Source: Camelus ferus
Lineage: Eukaryota
Assembly (NCBI RefSeq): GCF_009834535.1
Contig: NC_045708.1
Coordinates: forward strand, 52,948,001 to 53,012,000
Direction: 5' to 3'
DNA: 64,000 nt
Shown here: positions 49,264-61,613 of the stretch, piece after piece
Layout: every line of letters begins with the position of its first letter
Numbering within the stretch: the first letter of the stretch is position 1
The notes under the pieces: generated by a model
What the model was told of the DNA's origin: nothing
The model's input: the letters and a program-made list of their open reading frames with translations, nothing else
Database searches by the model: none
Position numbers and translations under genes: made by a program

Positions 49264-49345
49264 CTGCATTTCCTTGATTCAAAGACCCATATTTTTTTCA
49301 CATTTTAACATCATTGAAGTTGGATGCAGCTTACAATCAAAAGTA
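49264..49345. mobile_element. MER104-like (TcMar-Tc2) fragment
   Basis: ctgcatttccttgattcaaagacccatattttttcacattttaacatcattgaagttggatgcagcttacaatc. Confidence 0.5.
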
Positions 49346-50352
49346 TCTTATTTTTGCTGTTGGCTAATGTTTCCAAATGTCCAATAAATACTTATATTTG
49401 GGATCCATGAATGAAAAATAGGAATCAAGGGGAATTTTCAGGAACTCCCTTAAGTATGTTATTCTGCCTTTTTTGCAACACTGTTTGTATGTTTCAAATA
49501 ATAATGAGTGACCACAATAATAAACAGTGAATCATTTTTTGTGTGATAGGATTATACTGAGGCTGTTCAGACATTTCTTATTAAAAAACAATAGGAAAAT
49601 GCATGATTTATTGACATTATGAATCACTATATTCTAATAACCCATAAATCTCTACCTGATATAGACATTTCATAATAGGACATATTTATGAAGCTGAATA
49701 AAATTATTTAAAATATAGAAAGATTATACTTAGCATTTCACTAGCATTTCAAAGTTATTATTCTTAAAATGAAATTTTAAAACACAAAGCATGTTACCCC
49801 ACCTGATAATCTTGATCTTTGTTTTGTAACAAATATTCCTGTTGTAAAAAAAAATCTTTCCTTTTTGCATTGATGTTGATTTGATTGAATTAAGAGTGTC
49901 TAAAGCAACCTCAATTTTGTCTAGTTTGTTGTAAAGGCACAGGCTGCTTCATAGAAGCTCTTTTAAAAAAATGAAAATATATTTTCAGCATGGCTTGATT
50001 TTGATGTTGAAATCAATATTGCTTTTGCTATTTCATATTTTAGATCAGTTTCTGGTTTCATGTTGTGTTCTACAACAATATTTGCAGTTTTTTGGTTGTC
50101 TCTCTTGTTAAGGTATTTACAAAGACGTGTACCTAAAGCAAATACACAAACATTATAAAATGCCAGTGGATATTACTGGGTAGTATGAGAACAACATAAC
50201 ATTTGGATCTCCTAGCAAGGTCAACAGTATTACACAGATTCACATGGTGAAATCGCTGACTTAAGGACTAGAAATTCGTTAATTCTTAAAACACCACGTA
50301 TAAAATTTGTATAAATATACTATGCTTATAAACTTCTTTTTCTAGTGATCTG

Positions 50353-50487
50353 TTTTATTTTACTTTATTTTTAATTTTGGGAGGGGTAATTAGATTTATT
50401 TACTTACTTAATGGAGATACTAGGGATGGGACAAAAGACCTCATGCATGCTAAGTATGCACTCTACCACTGAGCTATTCTCCCACTC
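50353..50487 (-). mobile_element. vic-1-type camelid SINE (tRNA-Ala-derived), more diverged copy
   Basis: gggaggggtaattagatttatt...atggagatactaggg...gacctcatgcatgctaagtatgcactctaccactgagctattctccc has the same architecture as 27549-27761, with a damaged B box. Confidence 0.85.
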
Positions 50488-51060
50488 TAAACTTTTTAAT
50501 AATAATTTTATTTGCAAGAATGGCTCATTGCAGAAAGTTACCTGCAGAAAAAGCCACAAACTCACCTATAACATGGCATCAACTACAAGCATGAATGCTT
50601 GATTAGTAATGTCTCTCTATTGATTGTTAAGCTTTAATTTTTATGGGAAAATTATAATACTTTCCCTGTTTTCTCTATTAATTTTTCATAAAATTTTGGT
50701 CTCAGAGACATGTTAAGTTTCTTAAGGAATTTCCATGCAGAAATGCTGCTCTCAGCCAGACAACAGTGATCACACAGTTGTTGCCTGTGCATTATAAACA
50801 TCAAAAGAAACAGCATCAAAATTTACAGAATGAGCATCAGCAGCTTAGAAGAAAATTCCAGAGATAATTGTAGAACTCTCATTTACTCCTTTAAACTAAA
50901 TGCTGCGAGGAAAGGTAGAAGAGGGGATAGATCAGAAATGTCTAACAACATTCCTGAACTGAGTTTTGAAGGTAAGATAGTTCTACATAATTGCAAAACC
51001 TGCTTAAAAATCAGCGTTAAAAGCTTTAGTTCTCTTAGCATTTTCTTCTCTTTGAAAAAA

Positions 51061-51432
51061 TAATGGGACTATTATTCAGCTTTAAAAAGAAATGAAATTC
51101 TGATACGTGCCACCATATGGGTAAACACTGCAGACATTGTGCTAAATGGAATAAATCAGAAACAAAAAGAACAAATATGATATGACTTCACTTACATGGA
51201 ATATCAAGAATAGATAAATTCATTGAGTCAGAAAACTAGAGATTACCAGGGACTGGAGACAGGAAGGAACAGGGATTTATTACTTAATGGGTAAAGAGTT
51301 TCTGGGTGATGAAAACGTTTTGGAATATTGGTGATGCTTGCACAACATTATGAATGAAATCAATACCATTGAATTGTATACTTAAAAACAGTTAAAATGA
51401 CAGATTTTATTTTATATATATTTATCACAACC
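51061..51432 (+). mobile_element. L1MB-type 3' end
   Basis: tattattcagctttaaaaagaaatgaaattctgatacgtgccacc...tacttaatgggtaaagagtttctgggtgatgaaaacgttttggaa...ttgaattgtatacttaaaaacagttaaaatg. Confidence 0.8.
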
Positions 51433-51439
51433 AAAACAC

Positions 51440-52570
51440 ATTTAAAAAGTATGTGTGGTTTCCAAGATTTCCTTGTAATTGTTTCTGTGTTTTTTTAACA
51501 TTTAAATCTTCAGTACATCTTGGGTTTTTTACAAAAGATTTGTATGTTATATGTTCTAAGACAGGAGTCCCAGTGCATTTTTTTCCCATATAAGTGCTGG
51601 TCTCCTTTACTAAACAGTTTTTCATTTTTCTATTGACTAGAACTATACTCTTTGTTATATATTAAAATCTCATATCCTCTGTTCTATTTTCTATTGTTGT
51701 CTCTTTAACACTTATATATTAATATATTTCAATTCTAACACCATAATAATTTACATATGATAGCTTTAAAGTATATGCTAATAACTAGAGGCAAGTTTCT
51801 TCTAATTCTTTCTTTTTTTTCCCATTACCTTCTTTGCTCTTTTTGGCCATTATATGCTTCTACATAAATATTGAAATCAGTTTATGAAATTCCTTTCAAA
51901 ATTTGTTGGACTTTTACTTTAAATTGACTTCTGCTTATATAGAAATTTTGTTAGATTGGTATTTTGATATTAACCTTTCCCAGTCAATACACTGTATATT
52001 TTTCCATTTGTTCTAATCTTATATTCTCTCCTTCAGTGAGATTTTATGGTTTTCTCTTTGGTAAAATTTATTCCCAAGTGTTTTAGAATATTTTTCTGTT
52101 ATTGTAAATGGAATAATTCTTCTAATTCCGTTATTGCTAGATGAAAGAAAAGCTAATAATTTTTGTATATTAATTTTATATAAATATATATTTTATATAA
52201 TTTATATTTATATAGACATGTAAATATATTTATTTTATACCTACATATTTTGTATCAATTTGCTTTATCAAATTCTCTTATTAATTTATTTAAATTCTAT
52301 TACATTTTTAAAGTAGGTAATTATGTTATAGGGAAAAAAGAAAATAGTTTCATCTCTTGTTTCTGTCTTGTTAAACATTTAGGATTCTCCTCCTCCTCCT
52401 TCTGTCCTTTCCTTCTCTTTCTTCTTCTCTTTTGGTCTTATTATATTCTCTAAAAGTCACAGGGTGAAACCCAATAGCAATCTTTTCATAAATAATAGAT
52501 TGCTATTGATATTTTCTGTTTATATTTCACCAAGCTTTTATATTAGATAATATTTCTGGATTTTATCAAA
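51440..52570 (-). mobile_element. Ancient L1 (L1M) ORF2-region remnant
   Basis: T-rich degenerate sequence with antisense L1 hallmarks (ttttggccattatatgcttctacataaatattgaaatcagttta; tatttttctgttattgtaaatggaat; ttttatcaaatacctttgtatc). Confidence 0.55.
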
Positions 52571-52597
52571 TACCTTTGTATCATTAATTGATATGTT

Positions 52598-53032
52598 TGT
52601 GGTGACTTGACTGATCCCCAATTTTTCATTTCTCCCAGGATCCATACCCATGTTACTGCCTCATCATGAATGGAATATTTTTCTTAACCTGTTGGCTTTG
52701 GTCTTTGTCATGTGACTTGTTTTATTCAATGATAAATGAGTGGAAGTGACAGTGTGCCATTTGAAGGCCTTAAAAAGCCTGTGGGTTTCCAGTTGCCCTT
52801 TTGTGATCTATAATGACCATGAGACAAGTCTCTTTAGCTTGGTCCAGAATGAACACACATGGACCAGATCTTCCACAGACACCATAGTTGGGAACAGAGT
52901 TGCCCAATTCAGACCAGTAAGGATCAGCAGAATCACTTCAGCTGGCCTGCTGTTCCATGAGAATTAATCATTGTTATTTTACGCACTGAGTTATTTTTTA
53001 GTGGTTTTGGTGTGGCAATAGTTAACTGATGC
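52598..53032 (+). mobile_element. MLT1 (H/I/J-type) MaLR 5' LTR
   Basis: tgtggtgacttgac...gtcatgtgacttgtttattcaatga...gtggaagtgacagtgtgccatttgaaggccttaa...cattgttattttacgcactgagtt...gcaatagttaactgat. Confidence 0.7.
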
Positions 53033-54038
53033 TACTTCTGTGACATAGTAGTGAAGCACTGGGTAAATCTAGCACCTCCTGTAACTTAGAAAATAAGTAA
53101 ACTACCTGCTGAACTCACAAACCTGGTAAGATGATTTCCAAGCAGAATGTTCAGAGTGTAGGCTGGTTGTTTTTAATTGCATTTGATAATTTCCCTACAT
53201 GAAAGAGATAAGCTCAGATAAGAATTAGATAATTTGCAAGGAGAATTTAGGGGGAATGTAGATTGCAGAGTTGGAAAACTAAAACTGTTTTCTTATCACC
53301 AGTTCTGGACTCAATAAAAGATCCTCAAATTAAAATTGAGTTCAAAGATAAAGATAAATTCAAATGTAAAAACACTATGTATAACCTGGTGCCATAGGCC
53401 AAACTAGAGAAGTAGAGTCAAAACCGTTGTTAAGACCTCTGAAATGGATTCCAGAAAACTTGTGGTCCCATGGAAGCCTGATGGGCCCAAAGTACCTAAT
53501 GAAATAGAGAGAGAGAGGCATGTCTAAAAAGGAATTGCAAGTGTGGATTTTGACAAAGGGCAGTGACTTGCATCAAATATATAGATAATCCATGAAGTTT
53601 TGAAGAAGAACCAGTTTCAGCTAAAAGAAACTGAGCCTGTTGAGTATTTGCAAAGGACTTTGGGCCCTCAAACTTCTACAAGCAGGAAGAAGGCTGAGAA
53701 AACTGCTCCAGCAATAAAAAAAAAAGGGAGGGGGGATGTTTTCCACAGCCTTCATGAGAAGTGGACAGTGAGAATGATGGATAGGGAAATAGTTCACAGA
53801 GAATGGAACCAAAGTCTGTGGATAACAACAGACTGGGGATATACTCCCAAGGATCAGAACCAGGACCTAATGGGTAAATATTTCGTATTCCAAAGCAGGG
53901 TGCTTGGAGTGTTTGACCAGTCAGATTTTCTGTATTGCCATTGGAGCAATGGCTGCTGTAAGATTAGCCTGTCCCTGTCCCACCATTAGTGTATTGGGTG
54001 CCTTGGGTGGGGAGTACGGGACAAGGTAGAGGGAAAAG

Positions 54039-54074
<36 letters not shown>

Positions 54075-54192
54075 GTAAGTCTCTGGACTAAGAGAACCTG
54101 CATTTGGACCTGATGTAGATCATAAGATTCGCAACTATGAGTCTGATTCCATGATTGGATTAGACTTTTGGGAGTCCTTGGATAAGAGTGTT
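53033..54192 (+). mobile_element. MLT1 internal (MaLR-int) sequence
   Basis: cacctcctgtaacttagaaaataag...ctggtaagatgatttccaagcagaatgttcagagtgtaggctggtt lies directly after an MLT1 LTR. It contains ORF 53600-53989. Confidence 0.65.
54041..54069 (+). repeat. Poly-T tract
   Basis: Uninterrupted T run. Confidence 0.9.
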
Positions 54193-54516
54193 TGTGGTAG
54201 TTTGAATTACTGGCCTCGAGTCGGCAACCTTGTCTTGCCTCATCAGAGTATTTCCTTACTCTAACTTTGTGCTTGGCCAATGTGACATTCCCTTTAGACC
54301 TCTTGCATCTCTGCTTTCACCATGAGAAGGACTTCTCCCAGGTGGCTTCTTCCCCTTCCACCGGGGCCCAGAATAAACACAAGTGCAGCAGAGCCACTTC
54401 AGCCACCCAACAGGCTTTGGTGGATGAGGCAGAGCTGCCTCGCTGAGTCCATCCCAGATCAGCAGAGCTGCCTCAGTCAGCTTGCAGATCTGTAAGAACT
54501 AGGAGTTGTTTTTAGG
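54193..54516 (+). mobile_element. MLT1 MaLR 3' LTR (interrupted by MER58)
   Basis: Starts tgtggtagtttgaattactggcc and continues ctctgctttcaccatgagaagg...ggcccagaataaacac...cccagatcagcagagctgcctcag. Confidence 0.65.
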
Positions 54517-54830
54517 CTGTGGTGGGCAAACTTTTTCTTTAAAGGACCAGACAATAAACATTTTAGGTTTTGTAGGTCATGTGATCTGGTTGTCTGTAGT
54601 GCAAAAGCAGCCATAAGACCATTTATAACAAATGAGCGTGGCTGTGTTCCAATAAAACTACTTATGAACACCGGAATCTGAAATTCACAATTTTCATGTA
54701 CACAAGATATTATTCTTTTTCTGAGCTTTTCCAACTACTTAAAAATATAAAAGCCATTTTAAACTTACTGGCTTAAAAAAAATAATAAGTAGCAGGTTGG
54801 ATTTGGCTCCTGGGCCAAAAACAGATTGCA
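54517..54830. mobile_element. MER58B-type hAT-Charlie MITE
   Basis: ggcaaactttttctttaaaggaccagacaataaacattttaggttttgtaggtcat...gcgtggctgtgttccaataaaact...gaaattcacaattttcatgtacacaagatattattc...ggatttggctcctgggcc. Confidence 0.8.
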
Positions 54831-55840
54831 GCAAATATTCCTAAAAATCCTGTATAGACACTTCCCTCTTGCCAAATTCCATTTCTTATGGTAACTGTTC
54901 AAATTATTCTTCCTTTTCTACTTTTTCTCTCTGCCAGGTCCTAGACCGTTTTATTCCCATAAGTGTACTTCCAAGTTGTTTGTTATGTAAAACTATGTAT
55001 TTCTTTATTTTTCTTCCATCTTCATTTTATCCTTCATCTTTAATAAGCAAAAATCAGATGCTTTCCTTGGGACCTGCTCTCTCAAAAGTCCATGTACCTG
55101 GAGAAATGCACATACTTATTACTCAACCCAGGCACACATAATTTACTCATACCAATAATATTACCACTAGCTGTAAGAAAATTCTTAATCGCAATATTGT
55201 GTAATAAAACTGAACTTAAAAGAAAAGCTAGCATTTCATACAAATAAGAATAAACAGAAGGCTGACCTGAGTCCCTCCTTTCATGGAGACAAGAAGAAAT
55301 GACTAACTGATGTGTTGTAGTTAAATGCAACCATAAACCCAGAAATTTTTTAAGTGTGATTCAGCACTGCAAGTATTTTCAACTCCATCTCAGTAGAAAC
55401 TGACATTTAAACTGGAATTTACTGTGACAACTACAGAAAGCACTGTTAGGTTACACACATCTGCACTTGTTCAGGTAAATGTACTCACCAAAGTCCCTAA
55501 TTCCTTTTATAGGGATAAGGAAGCCCATTAACCGGATCTCATCACTGACCAGGATGGAATTGGTTATCATCTGTCAAGGACAGTTTATAACATATCCCTC
55601 GGTACCAAGAGCTCTTTGATGTGCTTGTGGAATTTTAGGCTGTGCAATATATTTTTGAGTCTAAAATCCAAATAAAATGAAGAAGGACAAAGTCAAGCTT
55701 TCCTTTTACTGTTTCTCTTCCTCCTCGCTTCCTTCATAATATTTGAAGTTATGTTTGCAGAATATTTTCTAGGACAAAGATATGGATCAGAACATCAACC
55801 CCTCCATGGTCAAGTTTGATTAATTTTGACAAAAACTTCT

Positions 55841-55985
55841 GAAGGAGAGTGAAGTAAGGCAAGGAGAAGTAGAAATAAGAAAAAGATAAAGAGGGGATAA
55901 AGCCAGAGAGAGGTAGGGACGAGGAAAAGAAGAAAGGAAATAGGGAGGAGGGAAAGGTAGGGAGCAAGGAAAAAGGGAGTAGAAC
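55841..55985 (+). repeat. Purine (GA)-rich low-complexity tract
   Basis: About 145 nt dominated by G and A with sparse pyrimidines. Confidence 0.8.
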
Positions 55986-56341
55986 TTATATTAGAGAATA
56001 AGGGGTAATTTTCCCTGAAATCTCCTAGATACAGAGGACCGAAGGAGCTGTCTCAGTTCCTGCCTGGTAGAAAAGACTTAATTAAAAATGTTAAAACTGC
56101 TGAAATTGCTGTTTCAACGTTAACAGCACTTCTGAATTTTAAACATAGTTGTTTGGTTCCTAGCTCAGAAACTCTGGAAAAGAGATACATTTTTGAAAGT
56201 TGAACAAGGAAAATACCTTAGAGATTGGGGTCTAAAATTTTGAGGGCGGAGGAAGCATAATGATTGATTTTACCTGCCAGCTCTCACCCACTGATCTATT
56301 CAGAGTGCTATGCAGAGAAGCAGGCCAGAGCCACTCGTGGG

Positions 56342-56697
56342 TGTGGGGGACAGGAGGCACACCATCCAGATCACTCTTCAGGAAGGATGCTGCCCCAGCT
56401 GCTGGGAGAGCAGTCTGCCTCAGTTGCAGAGAATCGTTTCAACCACGGCCATGCCCTTCCCAGGGCAGCACGCCTGCAGTAATCAGTCGTAGTGAGGAGA
56501 TGGAGGTCTAGCCATTTTTGGCACAACAGCTCTGATGCGTGTAGTCTGAGGCTTGTCAGGCTTGCATCAGCGCTCCATTTCTCCCCCGTCTGATCCTGAT
56601 TCCCCCCTCTGTCTTCCATGGTGTTGCTCCACAATGAATATCCTGGACCCACACTCTGTCTGTCTCAGTGTCTGCTTCCAGAGATCCCAGGCCACAG
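56342..56697 (+). mobile_element. LTR16-type ERVL solo LTR
   Basis: caccatccagatcactcttcaggaaggatgctgccccagctgctgggagag...ggccatgcccttcccagggcagcacgcctgcagtaatcagtcg...tctgtctcagtgtctgcttcc. Confidence 0.7.
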
Positions 56698-58249
56698 CCC
56701 TTGGTTCAGGGAAATTAATTTGTCATTGATTTGTGATGCCTGCCACAACAAGGGTAAATAAACCTTTTGCCAGGCCTTTACCATCCCTGTGAAGGAAGAA
56801 AGCTGTTCTTTAAGCCTCAAACCATCAGGGCAGAAGAATTAGTAACTTTTTGGACCTGAGAGTAACATCAAAGGGAACATTGGAATCTTCTGGGAAAAAA
56901 AATACCAGAAAGAGTCAATCATCTTTTCATAAAGCATGTATTGATATTAAGCACATACCAGGCAGAATCCAATAGTGCACACAAACAATTAAAACAGAAT
57001 TTAATAGATACTACCTGGAGCTCCCGCTGTGGAAACCTAGAAAACAAAGAGATGTTGGGAAAAAGAAATGACACGTGTTTTCCTACCATGGGAAGAACAT
57101 GGCAGGGCTCCTTGTGTGTCAAAAGTGGGATATACCCAGGCAGTGAGTCAGAAAGCATGGCTTGTGCTTGGGGAGTGGCAGGTAGATAAGCATGGAGAAG
57201 TGTAGACTGAGCGAAGCTTGGAAGGGGGGTCAGGTGGAGAGGCAGAATATAAGGCGACAATATCCGGTTTTTGTCATCGAGGAGGGTCTTTTTTGCCTTG
57301 TTTTGGGGTTTGGGCTTCATCCACCACCAGTGCGCACTTTTGGAAGGGAAACTGTGATTCTGTTACGTGTATGTTAGTGTCTTGGACAGAGGTTAAGTTT
57401 TTCTTGAGCTGTTCTGTATTCTGATAGGTTGTCCTTTGGATTCATTTACACCTCTAGGGATCCTCTGTCCCCTCAAAGAGGATAAGTATTTGGGGTGTTC
57501 CTCATTTAGGAAAGGCATTTCTCAGAACAACTGGAGAAGGAATTCCTATTTCTCTCTGGGTTCCTCTTAGTCTTGGGCCTGAATTTTAATGAGATGTAAT
57601 ATGCTTACAGCTACTGCAGTGCCCTGGAGTATTAGGCAGGGCCGGGACAGGGTCCTCACATGTGTAGAAGCAGGCCAGGAAATGGGAGAGGGGACCACAG
57701 ACTAAAGATGACTTGGGAATTAGATTTCTGAATTAACTTCCTTTTCGTGATCTCAGAGCTTTAGGGAAACTGTGTGTAACAGCGTGTGTCTGGTCAGGAC
57801 TGGGTTCCTCCCTGTTGTGCCAACAAGTGGAATTAGGAAACACCCTGCTGGAAGCCCTCCAGCTGCTCTGGGCAGGCTGTCTCCTTAACTGCGGGAGGAT
57901 TATCAGGGACAAAAACAGACATCCAGCCACATTCCCTGATTGGTCTGGGTCTCAGGAGCCTAGTAAGAACTCCATAAAGTCATCCACAATGAGAGTCCAC
58001 TACAGATACAGCTGAGAAGCCCAGGGAGGGGATGGGAGTTCAGGGTGGTGGGAGGGAGAGGGGATGGCTCATGGTTCAGACTCTCAGAAAGTATGAAGGC
58101 AGGAGAGTCACCAAGATCCTGGACAGAAACAACTCCTAAGTGTAAGGTGAGGGGTAGACTCAGCACCAGGGCTAAATGTGGCAAAGGAGCAGTCATTCTG
58201 GTACAGCAGGTTGTACTGGAAACTCTTCTCACAACACTGACTCCTAGAG

Positions 58250-59000
58250 GAACATGTGCTCCCAGAAGGAGAGGGCAAGGTGGTACGATTGATAGGATTA
58301 TCACACAAGTAGTTCTGCCATAAAACTTCATCAAGAAGAGCTGCATTAGACAGGGAGTAGATATCACCCCCAGCTAGAGACCAATGTGGTCCAGAGACTG
58401 GGAGGCACGGGGTGAAGGAACTCACTAGTGTCATCAGAGAGAAGATAAGGTTCTAGTCTGTGATAGAGACTTGACAGTGAAGAGTGAGGGAAATGTAGGC
58501 GATAACATTAAAAGGATACCGTGGCCTCAAATGTGAGGAATGAGTGAGGCAGAAGATCTAACTGCCTGTGTTAGGTGGACAACGATATGACAATTTAGTG
58601 AGGGATGCAGGTAGAAGGACAAGATAGAGAAAATTTACAAAAAGATAAGTTTGATTTGGGGAAAGTTTTCATGTGTTGGAGCATGTTGTTTGACTGTCTG
58701 ATATAGTATTTGGGTGGGAAAAACACCAGGGAGTTAGGTAAATTGGATTAAGAAGTTTCAAGAGAGATAGCAGATGAAGAATTAATATTGGAGATGGTTA
58801 AGAATAGAAGACTAGAAAATGCCATATTTAAGGAGCAATAAGAGGCGTGTAGAGAATGCATGGCAAAAAATATAGGGGGAAAAAGGGGAGATCCAGGAAT
58901 AAGTATTTTGTGGAAGTTTTGGAGATTATGATTATCCTGGCGATATATCATATTGGAAATAGGAAATAATAAGGGTGAAGTCACCACTGTGAGATCAGGT
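58250..59000 (-). mobile_element. Ancient L2 LINE fragment
   Basis: Purine-rich degenerate sequence (gagaagataaggttctagtctgtgatagagacttgacagtgaag; catgtgttggagcatgttg) resembling antisense L2c/d. Confidence 0.4.
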
Positions 59001-61276
59001 AGTCATTCAGTAAGGTGCAAAGAAGGTGTGGCTTGTGACGCTGCTGACCTGTGGACACACAGCTGGGAAGGTTCCTTCAGGGCACCAGTAGTATCGCATG
59101 CAAGAATCCTGACCCTGTAGACATGTGACCTAATGCATTGTATCATACAGAAAAGATGCTAAAGGTCTGTTCTCAGGGACTTGGACCAAAGAGATAGTCC
59201 AATCCTAAGAAACAAATGTAATTATTAACAAAGGAAGGAAGTAAAATTAGCACAACCCCTTACTTACCCTATTCTCTTCTCTTGTCCGTTCTCTGTATGT
59301 GACTCACAAGCACCCCAGGGAGCTGCCTCAGAATCTTGAGGGAATAGATTTGACACCGGGCAGGTATTGGCAGACTGATAGAACATTCCACAGGAGGTTT
59401 TATCATGTATCCTCATGGGTGAGAAACTCCTGCTCTTCAGGATCTGCAATTCAACCATTTCTAAAGTACAAGGTTTAAGAAATTTTATAACAGTTAGGGA
59501 ACCCACATGGCCACCTAGTGAAGACTGCTGTGCGTCAGCAGACCTGCCTTGATGTGGTCATCAGTTCTCCAACTCCCCAGAACTATCTAGAAAGGGCTGT
59601 ATGTCAGTCATGCTGCTGTTCCAAGATTCCTCTTTGATTTAGATGGATGTCTAGTTGAAGAGAAGAAATCAGCTATCTCTCCTTTGTCACCCTTTCAGAC
59701 CCTGCCTTGGATATGCCAAGCTTTAGAGGAATACTTGGAAGTTTCACCTCATGCTTGTGCTCTCTCCACTCCCCCTCCCCCCAAATCCTCCTTTTCTGGA
59801 TGTGCTCCAGGAACTCCAGTTACTTCACAAAAAACGCCAAAATTGGGTATAGCACTGAAGAGTCACATTCTGCTTCTCTCCAAAGAAGGGTAGATTTTTA
59901 ATTTCTCCTCCGAATTAAGGAACGAAACCAACGCCACATTTTTCTTGTTTTATCTTGCACAGATAAGAAGGAAAATGGGATTTACTGAAGGAGAGCATGT
60001 AAATATTTATAATATTTGTTATTTATAATGTGGAAAACTAAGTTAAACAAGCATAGGCAATTTTGACTCTCGTAGCCTCTGAATAACATTCACTTTTCTG
60101 GCAAATGATGTTTAACTGGGATTTGGTTTTCAAACTGCACAAAGCAAAATTAATTAATATTTTCCTTTTTTATTATGTCTTTGTTTTCAAACACGTATGA
60201 GACATTTGAATCTATTAATAACCAAAAATGTAAATGTTATTATCAGCATAAACTAAGTAAAACTAAAACGCTTTTATAAAAGATGCTACTTAAGGATGCA
60301 AGAGAGCCTCCTGATGAAAATCAATCAAAATAAGTCCAGAAGTGTTTCTTCTACTTGAGGAAAAAATAATGTAATTGGTAATTACAAAGCCAGAATAGAA
60401 TAGCTACTCTTTAAATAGTTGATTAAGGCTCAATGAGTTTCTCTATAGTGTTTTGAAAAAAGTGACTGTTTAGTAGGTAAAGGAGAAGACCTTCTGAAAT
60501 AAACAAATGGAATTAGGTAAAGACGTTTTCTCATTTATATCCAAGGGAGGAGAAATCTCATCCTCTCAGCCACTCACATTACAAATCAGTTTCATTTAAA
60601 AATGAACTAGATTTATTATTTGCAAATATTTTCTGTTTCAGATAAGTGTTTTCTTTTCCCAAAGATCACTTGTTTTTTTTGTTTTCAACTCATTAATTGA
60701 AGGCACAATGAAATGAGTTCTTGGAAATTCTCTGATACAATTTCTTATGGCATTTTAAGGCACAGCAATCAATTTTTTCCTGATACTTATTTTCATTCAC
60801 TGACTTATTCTACAGATATTTACCAAGCACCCACAGTGTTCTAGGCACTGCATTCAGAACTCTAAACAACTTCCCCATTATAATTTTGCTTTATGCAAAG
60901 AGTTGAGAGTGAAGTCTTTTTTCCCCTCATAATTATACAAGAATACAGCTTCTTTTTATCTCTTTTCACACTGAAATTGTTTTTGGCATGAACACATTTT
61001 CACTTTTGACAAAAGAAAATAAGTTTAATTCTCACCACTGACAAACAGATCTAAAGGCAGCTTTTTAAGTTCTTGTCTTAAGTCTGATTAGCATTTGCTT
61101 TGCCTTGCAGGGTGCTCAGCACTTACAGGGGATGTACTTACCTTCCTTTCTTCTCGCTGCCCTCTACACTATTCCTTCTGCCCTCCTTCCTAGAACCTTA
61201 GCTAAGAACTCTTTTTGGCTAAATACAAGCAAACGACCTTACTGGCAAAAATAGTGCCCGGGTCTATTTAAATATG

Positions 61277-61613
61277 TGTTGACCTGAAACAGTAGACTGC
61301 CAGATATTTCTTCAGGAAAGATGGGTTTATTTGGGATCAGCAGAGAACTGCATTTTGGGATCTGTGACCAGGGTGAGCCAAGTGCAAGCGTCTGCAGAGC
61401 AACGGAAGGAGAAGTCTTTTAAAAAGGGGAACAGAAAGTTGGGATGACAATAGTGAACAAAGAGTACATACATGGCTTTTCATTGGCTGAGTCCTTGCCC
61501 GGAAAGAAGTCTTTCTTCTTCCCGTTGGCTCTGCTATTGTCCCAGGGTATGGGAACTCCCCCTTCTGGTCTCCTCACTCTATTTAGTTGAAGTTTCTGTT
61601 TACTAATTTTATA
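61277..61613 (-). mobile_element. ERV1-class solo LTR, 337 bp
   Basis: Runs tgttgacc...taattttata (terminal CA mutated) with a 4-bp TSD tatg at 61273-61276 and 61614-61617. Minus-strand AATAAA (tttatt 61325-61330). The minus strand starts t[g>a]taaaattagtaaacagaaacttcaactaaatagagtgaggagaccagaaggggga. Confidence 0.8.

Noticed and set aside
50729-50860. Gln/His-rich frame ...HYKHQKKQHQNLQNEHQQLRRKFQR*
   Set aside because: No start codon, a weak acceptor and no homology recognised. It is probably a by-product of CA-rich composition.
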